The notes beneath the pieces were generated by a model. It was not told the origin of the DNA. It was given only the letters and a program-made list of their open reading frames with translations, and searched no databases. From positions 4,216,001 to 4,280,000 of the forward strand of contig OZ176054.1 in NCBI GenBank assembly GCA_964247055.1: 64,000 nt of DNA, in the 5' to 3' direction. This stretch comes from Paragordius varius (Eukaryota > Animalia > Nematomorpha). The translations under genes were made by a program, and so were the position numbers. This document shows positions 53,880 through 64,000 of this stretch, in pieces (the first letter of the stretch is position 1; each line of letters begins with the position of its first letter).

Positions 53880-55994
53880 ATGAGTAAGGAACCTGTGATA
53901 CCGAATTATATGAAATTTGTTTTTGGTGGTGGAGCTGGGTATTTTATAGTTTAATACTGTTAGGATGGCAGCTACGTTTTTTGTTCACCCCTTAGATTTG
54001 ATAAAAAATCGAATGCAGCTAAGCGGTAATATTTATATAACAATTTTCAGGGGAAGGAGGCCAAAAAAAATTATATTCATCCACTTTCAATGCAATGCAA
54101 ACCGTTATTAAGAATGAAGGACCCTTGCATCTTTATGATGGGTAATTTTGAATTAAAACTTAAGGTTAACAGCCGGCCTCTTTCGTCAAGCAAGTTATAC
54201 CACAGTTAGATTGGGAACATACACGCTTTTGTTCGAAAAATTTTCAAAGTATATAATAATCAATGTACCTAATATTAAATAATTTTAATTGTGTACATCT
54301 GAAGAATACATGTATTCTTTTGATGTAAAATATTTCAAGCATGCTAGCAGCATGCCAAAACATGTGGTAAGGCGAAGCCTTTTTTGATGCATTTTTTCGC
54401 TTACAAATCACCTTAATTATACATATTGACTTAGATAAATTTATAAGTTTGGGGTTTAATTGATTATTTGTTATCATGTAACCTCTATAAAATAAATATT
54501 CATGCACATTGAATTAAGGATAAAATTTGAAATTAGAAAAATATTATTCCTTATCATATAAAATTGATTGATTTTTTACAACGAGCTATATTCATTCTAT
54601 TGCTATTTACAAAAGATTAGCTATATAATTTTTTAATTAATCAGAAAAATCTTAAAATATTTAAAAGCCAGAAAATTTTGTTCAAAACGCTTTTATTGTG
54701 CAATGGTTTTCCGGTAAAAATGCTTTAAATAAACAATTATTATCCACCAATCAACATGAATAATATCTCACCAAATTAACACCTTTTTCCCAAGTTTTAT
54801 CAATTATTATTATTATTATATCTTGTGAATAGGGACAACAAGCCACCCTCATTTCTAACAAAAACAGGCATTGCAATGACCGCTGGTGCATGCGGAGCTT
54901 TTTTCGGGAATCCGGCTGAAATATCTCTCATTCGAATGTGCGCGGATGGTAGATTACCTGTTGCCGAACGCAGAAATTATTCCAATGTCGTTAATGCTCT
55001 TTTCAGAATTGGTCGTGAAGAGGGTGTTTTAACTTTATGGAGGGTATATTCCAAATATATATATTTAAATAAATTAAAATTTATTATATTTTTATAATAT
55101 ATTTATTAATATAATTGGTAATATTACGCATGTTTTGATACGATTATTTTAAATATTTCTGTAAGGATGATATTATCATGAGCTTTAGCTAGATATAAAT
55201 ATAGCAAATATCATTAGTATTTTTGGTATATATAATTTTATTTGTAAATTAAAGTCCGATGTGCTTACAATTTTATCCCCTCACTATTTTTTTAAGATAA
55301 TAAAAAATAAATAAGTTGTTTTGAAATTTTTGATATTGTTATAAATGTTAATAATTTATGCAGGATTTTAAATTATAATTATATTGGTTTTAACTACCTG
55401 GAAAAAAATTCGGTTTTAAGGAAAAAAGCTTTAATATATTTTTTGTATTGTTTAAAAAGTTTTTATGTTACTTAACTTAGGGAGTAGGAACTACTGTTTC
55501 TCGTGCCATTGTTGTTAATGCTGCTCAACTTGCAACATATTCACAATCCAAACAAATGCTTTTAGAAAATTGGAAACAATTACATGATAACATATTAACC
55601 CACTTTTTGGCCAGTATGATAAGTGGGTTCGTTACAACATTTGTTTCAATGCCAATCGATATGGCAAAAACAAGGTTTTAAAATAACATATACCATTTAT
55701 TTGCTTTTTATAATATGATGGTTAAAGATAAATTTTATAGGATTCAAAACATGAAAGTTATTGATGGAAAACCGGAATACAAAGGAGCAATCGTAATTTA
55801 CAAATAATGTTTTTTAGGATGTTATAACCAAAGTTATTAAAAGTGAAGGTTTCCTTAGTTTGTGGAAAGGATTTACACCTTACTATGCCCGAGTCGGGCC
55901 ACATACCGTTCTTATGTTTATCTTTGTCGAAAAATTTAACCGGTTATACATAAAGTACTGGCTTAAAGATGATAGAAACATTGTTTCTCTCTAA
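53880..55994 (+). CDS. SLC25A11: Mitochondrial 2-oxoglutarate/malate carrier, complete and multi-exon
   Basis: MKFVFGGGAGMAATFFVHPLDLIKNRMQLSG, GLFRQASYTTVRLG, GNPAEISLIRMCADGRLP...RRNY, RAIVVNAAQLATYSQSKQ, SMPIDMAKTRIQNM, KGFTPYYARVGPHTVL. Confidence 0.96.
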
Positions 55995-56067
55995 TCTATT
56001 TACAAAAAAACAGTCATATATATTTTATACCTATATATTCATTTATAACATTAATAATGTTTTCATA

Positions 56068-56652
56068 TTATTTATTTGGTAATGACGGTGCATTTGGTAT
56101 AAATGATTTTTTGACTATTTCATATGATTCCTCCAATTTATCTGCGTATTCATACGGGGATACATTTGTATTATATGGTAAAATACCATGTTGATTAAAA
56201 TATGTTGCTATACCCTCACGAATGGAAAAAGCAAAACTTCTTTCATTACAAACCATTCTTTTCCAATTAGATTTAACTGATGATGTATGATTCGGTCGGG
56301 GTATCATCTCTTTTAAATTTGTTTGTATTTGTTCCATAAAAATTTTGGCATTATTTTTTTCGGCATATAATGCAAGTGTATATGTTATACCAAATTTTTC
56401 ATAAACCACATGTATGCCAAAAATCTTACTTTTTGGTTGTGCCAAAAAAATTCTTGTTTTTTCATATTGAATTTGTTTAGAATCGCAAAATATATTGTAT
56501 CGTTTTTGTTTGCAATCGATAAGTATACCATTACTGAAAACATATAAAACATCTTCAAGGTTTAGTTTGCCATCAAACATAATATCAGTCGTATTATATG
56601 GGAAGCATCCATAATATTTGATACAAAATTTGTATAATGGAATTCCACTCAT
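56068..56652 (-). CDS. Intronless 194-aa ORF of unknown function, possibly PTB/PH-like
   Basis: An uninterrupted 585-nt ORF is unlikely by chance at this AT content; it is convergent with SLC25A11 73 nt away. Weak resemblance to PTB domains (F.IKYYG near the N-terminus; C-terminal A..FMEQI..L helix). Confidence 0.65.
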   Translation of the reverse strand: MSGIPLYKFCIKYYGCFPYNTTDIMFDGKLNLEDVLYVFSNGILIDCKQKRYNIFCDSKQIQYEKTRIFLAQPKSKIFGIHVVYEKFGITYTLALYAEKNNAKIFMEQIQTNLKEMIPRPNHTSSVKSNWKRMVCNERSFAFSIREGIATYFNQHGILPYNTNVSPYEYADKLEESYEIVKKSFIPNAPSLPNK

Positions 56653-57149
56653 ACAAAATTTAGGTAATATAGGTTAATGATAATTATATGTGACCATATT
56701 ACTCTAAATGGTTATAACAGCTTTCATATAATTATCATAACATTTTGCCTGAAAGGAAAACAAAAATAAATCTTATTGCAAGCCACTATAAACTTATATG
56801 TAAAAAAATGCGAAGGAATATATATTACGTATACAATTAAATTTTTATTAAATTAACCATATGAATTAGCTTATTACATTTTGCTTCAATTTAACTCCGA
56901 CCGCTCTAGAAATTTCTACATTTAAAATAATTTTTTTACAAAATTACCATTTTACAAGTGCTTTTATTAACATTTGTTAGATCTTAAAGGCATAAACATG
57001 ACAAGATTATTAGTGCATTTTTTATGACCTATCTTTTATAAATTATCAACTATATTGCATGTTTCAATAGATTTGGGAAAAAATTGGTCATATCAAGAGC
57101 TTATAATAAGGGTAATGATGCCTGCTAAACATCTATTAGTTCGAGTAAA

Positions 57150-58060
57150 CTCTTGAGCAATTGAGACAACTAGAACCAGAGCGTTTTATTGATACATATC
57201 GATACGAGTGATTGATCGACTGTGCTGTAATTTTTTGACTGTGATCTAAATAGGGCAATTTAGGCTTTTTACGTTTTCTAGCCCCTTCTGGGCCTAACAT
57301 GGTCGCTTTTTATATGTTATGGGCTCTCATCACGTCGGAGAATCTAAGTTGCAATGTATGAAATTTTTGAAATAGGCTTGTTTTGGCTAAATTTACTCTA
57401 GTATCATCATTTTTTACCTTATGTCCCACCGTATACCCAGCATATAATTATAGGTTTACAATTCCGCGTTTATTTTGTTGCAATCAGTTTTCGTGAGGGT
57501 CTAGGACTCACAACTGTAATGCATTACTGGAAAAACTATTGTTTCTTATCTTAAGAATGGATTAAGTTAAAGTGTTGTTTTTGCCATTGCTATTTTGTTA
57601 ATGTTTACTGTAGAGGTGTCATTTATTAAAATTTATGTTTTTATGGGCCAGATTTGTGTTCCCAGTTTTATGAATTAATTATCTATATTGGCCATGTATT
57701 ATTTTAGCTGGGTTAATTCATGGACCCTCACGAAATTGATTGCATATTGCAACAAAATAAAAGCATTTGAATTATGAACCTATAGGTATATACTGGGTAT
57801 TAAGGATGATAAGATGTAGAGTATAAGCCTAAACAAAGTCTACTATAAAAATAGTAACCCTGCAACTCATATTCTTTGCAAGTGATGAGAACCCATAACA
57901 TACAAAACGCAACCCTGTTAGGCTTAGTAGAAGGGGCTACAAAACATGGAAGGCCTAAATGCAATATTTATAGATGAAAAAATTACAGCAAACTCGTTAC
58001 ATCAATTAGCAAAGATATGTATCAACCAAACGCTATAGTCCAAGCTCTTTCAGCCACTAG
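57150..58060. mobile_element. Old MITE-like element with ~170-bp diverged inverted arms
   Basis: About 57170-57335 (...tagccccttctgggcctaacatgg...tgttatgggctctcatcac) is an imperfect reverse complement of about 57883-58045 (gtgatgagaacccataaca...gttaggcttagtagaaggggcta...). Confidence 0.6.
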
Positions 58061-59416
58061 CGTTATCATGTAATAATAAAAATTAACCCGTTTTGCGTTA
58101 TAGATAAAAAATGCAAAATGGAGAAGCAGATTAACATATTTCAGTTTTTTGCATTTTAATCCCTTACATTATGGTTAATCTAAAAATCTGATTCCATTAA
58201 CTCTATTAAATAGTCATATAAAATGTAAAAACACTGATTTATATACCATACGCCAATAATATAATATATTTTCGCAGAATAATACACTTTTCGAAAATTG
58301 ATTGAGTTAATTTTTAAATTTTATTACCTCTCCGATTGTAATGTTCAAAAATATAAACTTTGTTTGAATCATAAATCTTAATTATTGACATAATAGTATG
58401 TTATCTCATCAAGACATTTAATTATGTTAGAGTCACACTTAAGTCAATACTATTAACTAAATAATACAAGATAGATGTATATGTTTATTCCATTATCCCT
58501 TCATGATAACGTTAATATCGTTACCCTTAAAGCATATAAGAATATTAGAAAGCTTTGAATTTATTCTAAAATATCACATTGTTAAAAACAAATAAAACCT
58601 AAAATTTTCAACCTAACAACTTTGCATTATTCTCCTATTGAACTTTTTAAGTTGCGCATATTCTATCATTCAATGGCTATTGCAAAAATATCTAAATTAT
58701 TATCCCGAAATCTTAGCTTTTTTGCGTTTATTTTAATCGGATTAAAATATACATTAAATATATACCAAAAAAGTTGATGTAAATGACTTGTAGATAAAGC
58801 ATCATATAAGTACATTTTTTACTAGAACTATATTACATTAAAATATTTATTATTATAAGACGTTTTAAACTTGGTTTGAGTTTTTTATATAAGCTTCTAA
58901 AATCAAATGTAGATTTAGTTAGCGTATATGAATTGTGATTGTGCATATATTACGAAACAAATGGTATTAAGAAGAGCCAATATATCGGCTAAACGGTAAT
59001 AAGAATATTTTAGCTTTTAACCTCAAGCCTATAAATATATTCTAAACTGCATGATTTCTATCATAATTTAGTCCTAAACTTTTATCATCATTTGACCTAA
59101 CCATGCTGCATGTCTTATATTGTAAAACGTTTTCAAAGACAATACCATGCATTTTAAGATCTAACATAACAGGAAAGTAATGGCTTCTTTAAATTTTCTT
59201 TGCAATAGTTTTAGCACAAGATAAAATAAAAAAATCCAATATTCTTTAATGGGTTTTTAATGAGAATATGTTAAATTATGTATTAAACATGCTAACTTAC
59301 TAAAAGAGACATTTGGTTAGATGGGGAAGTATACGACACAGTCCCATAATTTAGCGGTATGATATATTAATAAAAAATTTTTATTTTAAATTATTTTGTT
59401 TCCTGTTGTTAAAGAC

Positions 59417-61855
59417 CAGTGATACTCTAACCGCGGGCCGCATGCGGGCCTAAGAGTGCTATAAATTTGCCCTATGACCATATTGATACCCAATTATTTT
59501 TTATTAATATAATTCTAAAATACACATAAACGAATTTTCGCTCATTTTAATATTAATATATTTTCTTTACATTTAATTTTGGTAATTTTTATTTTTTACC
59601 GAATATGTAATGTAGAAAAATTTCTCTACAGATTTTTGGCACACTTGTTTCTGTTTCTATATTTTCTTTTCTATTTTAAAAATTTTATTGCATTCCTTTT
59701 TGTATTTCAGCAAGCCTTTCACCCAAACTTGCATATACATATTATTTTCATTGCTATCCTGCATCATTTTTATAACTCATTCCCATAAAATATTTTTCAA
59801 ATCAACATTATTGAATTTCAAACTGTTTTTTTATAGCATAATTCAAATTATATTCCCATTTTTTTAAAATTAATTTACATAATTATCAACGGATGACATC
59901 TAATGCTAAAAAACGTAAATCTTCCGATGAACATGACTCCTTTATAAAAGAATGGAAAAAAAATTCTTTTTAGTTCTAATTAAAATTGTTGTTACCTGCC
60001 TTATATGTAAGGACAACATAATTATAAAAAAATACAATATTGAAAGACATTATACAATCCATCATTCTCATAAACCAAAAAATTATGAGGAAAGAAACGA
60101 AAAATATATATTAAGGAATTATAGAAAGATAAATCTATTTTGTCCATAGCTTTCGCCCATGAAAAAGCTGTATCATTAGCTACGTATGAAATTTGCTATA
60201 TTTTAGGAAAAACCCGTTTACTGATTCCCAACTATTTAAAGAATGTCTAATAAATGGTGGCACTTTTTTATTTGATGATTCCATAATAAGATCAAATCAT
60301 GAGACAATTAAAAAACTTCAACTTTGTGATTCAACATGTGCTCGATGAATTGAAGATATGTCTAAATATATTTTTAACAATACATTATTGGCCTAAAAAA
60401 CTACAAATATTTTAGTATTGCTATTGATTCTAGCACTGATATTAGTACAACACCTCAATGGCTCTTCGTGAGATTTTGCAACGACAAGATACTCAACGAG
60501 GAATATTAAAAATATTTACCAATGAATAATACCACGAAAGGAAGTGGTTTTTTCGAAATAATCAGCACTTTTGTCGATATAATGTAATAGCTATGAAAAA
60601 TTTGATCTGCACAGTATGGTTGGAATAGACAAAGGATTTTTTCCTCTTTTGAAAAACAAATATTATTTGCAAAATATTTAATCCTTTTACTGCTTATTCA
60701 TCAGAAAAACTTGATTTCGGGTGTAAAAAATGAATCACTTAATTCAGTAATTAAAATGGTTTTGGATATAGTTAACATTCGTGGCAGATAATTCAGCCGC
60801 CGTAAATAAAACCTTTTAAAAGATATCAGTGAGTTTGACAATATTCGTTTGTACACCGCTGTGAGATGGCTAAGCCTTAGCAAAGTATTAAGATTTTTTG
60901 TTTTAAGATATGAAGTTCTATTATTTATGAAAGATAACAGAAAGTTGACGAAGATATTAATAGTGCCAAATGGTAGGTTTTATTAGCCCACCTTTGCGAC
61001 ATTAATAAACTTAGTTTTTTAATACAATTCTCTAAGGGAGCAAAATAAGAACCAAATTTGCTAATAAAATGATTGCTTTTGAAGAAAAGAAGATTTCATA
61101 AATAAACTCCTATATATTCCAACACTTAAAACGATTCATGGAGAAAATATGGAATTTACCGCGGAGATTATTTAATAATAGAAAATCAAGCATTTTTATC
61201 TATTTAGATGAAACTCAGATTTTAAGAATTAGAAATATTAAAAAAGCTGAAAACTTGTTGAAAATCCATGGCATATGGATATATCCAATATTAAGCAAAT
61301 TGATTTCGGTTTTGATCGGCGCATATCATTGAAGGATTCGTAGATTTTAAAAATGATTCCAATTTGGAGGCTATATTCAAGGAGAATCGTAGAGAAGAAA
61401 GATATGTAGGGTTTTGGCAAAATGTGCCAAATGAATAAGAAAATATAAAAAAATGTGCTCAAGTTATCCTCGTTGTTTTTCCCTCAACTTACACGCGTAA
61501 GACGGCATATTCAAAAATAAAGTATGCCAAGAATTCATACGGAAATTAATTAACCGATGATCATATGGACGAGGTATTAAGATTCGCCTGTCATGAGGCG
61601 AAACCAAATTTGTCAAAAATTATTGGTTAATATTAAAAAAATGTTGATATCAATACTTTAATTTTTTAAGCTAAATGGTGCAAAACGAGTTTTAGTTGGA
61701 TTTACATGTGATCCGCAAAAAATTCATTTTAGTGATTTAGTGTATAAATATGTGCATATGTGTCAAATAGCTGTGGAATATTTACCTTTATAAGGTATGG
61801 CCCTCGAGAAAAATATTTAATTTGACCCGTCAAATTTTTTTGGTGAGTACCACTG
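59417..61855 (+). mobile_element. Buster/SPIN-type hAT DNA transposon, decayed full length
   Basis: TIRs cagtgatactc / gagtaccactg; 8-bp flanks ttaaagac / ttatagac (7/8 match). Transposase remnants MTSNAKKRK...EWKKKFF, TCLICKD...YNIERHY (BED-like finger) and SIAIDSSTDIS, with many stops and frameshifts. Confidence 0.9.
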
Positions 61856-62306
61856 TTATAGACTTAAGGTTTGTTATGCCTCAACAAAAAATATACAAAA
61901 CATGTTTTGATAGTTTTATTGGACATAGTAAAATCGGCTTATAAAAAAATTTCCGTATAAAATTTTCAAGCTCGTATGATGTATTTTAACCAGGAAATTC
62001 AATAGTACAAATACGTCTAATGGTATTTTTGGATAAAATTAGCCGTCTTATAGAAGTAAAATAATAAACTGACACAAATTTGGACTAAGACAATGTTTTT
62101 GCAGAAGCGAGATTATAGGGTAGTTTTTATTTTAGATTGCACTTTAAAAGCTAGTTAAATTAGCACATCTAAATGGATTGTAAAATGATGAAAAAATTAA
62201 TACACCAAGACTTAAAAATTATAACCAATTTTATTATTTACAATAAATCACTTATAAACACATACATACCATATGAATATAATAAATATAATTATCTACA
62301 TAAATA

Positions 62307-64000
62307 TCACAATACATTATCTATCCCATTGAAAAACTTTGGCGGCTCTTCCCAGGAATTTAATAAATGTTTAATATCTAAATATAAATTTGCAATTAAC
62401 TTTGAATTTCTTCGGTGCTTTTAAATGCCTTGTTTGGGAATTTTATATGCAATGTAATATATAAATTTCCAAATTGATTGTTGTCTTCATAGTTTGGCAT
62501 ACCTTGACCCTTTACTAATATTATTTTTCCTGGGTATGAAATCTCTTCGTGATTAATATTTACCTGAAATCATAAAATTATAAAGTTTAGCGTAATTCAA
62601 TGCGTACATGATATATTTAAGAGTCTGCATAATAGGGTAAAATTAATGGTGTAGATAAATGAATCTACCCTATTTATAAGGAATATATATTAATTCACGG
62701 TTAATTTATGTAAAATCATATTCTTTTATTAAAAAAGTCCTTAAAATTAAGTTAACATTGTATTGAATTACAATTTCTCTATCTGTTTTCCTGTGTGTCC
62801 AATAAACAAAAAAATTAAACCAAGGAGTGTTGGGAGCGCGCTCCATTGAAATTTAAAACCTATTTTTTTGAACATTTGTTATATATAAATAATTATGTTG
62901 CTTTTACGAATTATTAATATATATATATACTTACTCACATTGTTTTATCAATTTAATACAGTAATTTAAATTTGTTAGAGCAAATATTTATATTAAGTAC
63001 ATTTATGCTGGCTTAATTCACATTCTAGTTGGTCGATCGGTAACAAAGTAATGTCTAGATAAAAATAACATGTTAAAATTAGAAAAATTTTTTATTTTAC
63101 ATTACTTTGTTTATTTAATTATGGACAAAATTTGTTTTAACGCATACGCTACTCTATTACAAATTGAAATAATGTGAATGAGCCAGCATAAATTTGCATA
63201 ATTTATATTTAATTTTGTTGATGGAATTTATAAAAAAAACGCTGTGATTATATTGCCTAAAATTTTTTGTCTGATAAATTTTATTATCATCGAATTATTT
63301 AAATCTCCTATACTATAAAGAATTAATTAAAACATAAACAGACAAAGTGATTGACAAATATAAAATTTTTACGACACTTATTGATTGGTTGAGAAATATA
63401 AATTAATATGTTTTCTCTATGTTGACAATAATTTGGAAAAAATTATTCATATAAAGAGATATTATTTTTGATAGCACCTTTTCGGAATTAAATTTTAATA
63501 TAAAAAACCAAAGCATAATAATTAACGCCAAAAAATCAAAAATTACGCCGATACATTTTATGCATTAATATAGATTTTAAATAGAAACAAAAACTATCTT
63601 GCTAAGTGAATATACTATAACAAACTTTCATAATTTAATATAGTAATTTCCAGTCACAACTAAAAATATGGTACCATAAAATTTTAGCCATTTTTATAAT
63701 AAATAATTATTAAATTAACCTTGTGGCCGTCTAAATGTGTTAAAATGGTTGAAAATCCTATTAGGGCTTGTTGCAAACTTATAGTAAGATTGCAAAAGAG
63801 ATCGTCTTTGCGCCTTGTAAAAATAGGGTGAGTGGTTTCAATAACCTTAAATATAACATCACCGGGTTCTCCTTCAATATGTGGTTCCCCTAAATTTATG
63901 AAATGTTTGCAAAAAATATACCTTCACTGTAAAATATGTATTCATAAAAATTGTCAACTCCTCTTTCAATTTCAACTTCCAACATTTTTTCTTCAGTTAC
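62307..64000 (-). CDS. DNAJB11: DnaJ homolog subfamily B member 11 (ERdj3), C-terminal exons only
   Basis: EEKMLEVEIERG...EGEPHIEGEPGDVIF...HPIFTRRKDDLF.NLTISLQQALIGF...HLDGHKV...GQGMPNYEDNNQFGNLYIT...FP...KFFNGI. Confidence 0.92.

Noticed and set aside
1-64000. Alternative genetic code or stop-codon readthrough
   Set aside because: Every apparent in-frame stop I traced in the host genes is removed by a short GT-AG intron, and conserved Trp and Gln positions use standard codons.
1-64000. tRNA, rRNA, snRNA or telomeric arrays
   Set aside because: No cloverleaf with a T-loop, no rRNA or snRNA signature, and no TTAGGG tandem array was recognisable by eye. Small RNAs could still be missed without a covariance search.

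Overview
Very AT-rich eukaryotic genomic DNA, almost certainly from a fast-evolving animal. The proteins are metazoan-type but highly diverged, and most introns are GT-AG and only about 21-35 nt long, as reported in reduced parasitic lineages such as myxozoans, dicyemids and orthonectids. The exact taxon cannot be fixed from the sequence. Eight protein-coding genes are supported: cytoplasmic dynein heavy chain (-, 3' end runs off the window), RWDD1 (+), 6-phosphogluconate dehydrogenase (-), a ZIP8/14-like zinc transporter (+, 5' end not found), PIK3R4/Vps15 (-), the mitochondrial 2-oxoglutarate/malate carrier (+), an intronless orphan ORF (-) and DNAJB11/ERdj3 (-, 5' end off the window). Larger introns and 5' intergenic regions are filled with transposons: a decayed RTE LINE, other LINE fragments, about nine copies of a TTAA-flanked piggyBac-like MITE (some nested in each other), a Chapaev3-type element with ~520-bp TIRs, a Buster-type hAT, a second TIR family and degenerate satellites. 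The most notable unexplained structure is an inverted pair of minimal type I hammerhead-ribozyme motifs inside a Vps15 intron. A possible 14-nt intron in the dynein gene is also flagged. Everything was read by eye: no alignments, folding or database searches were run.
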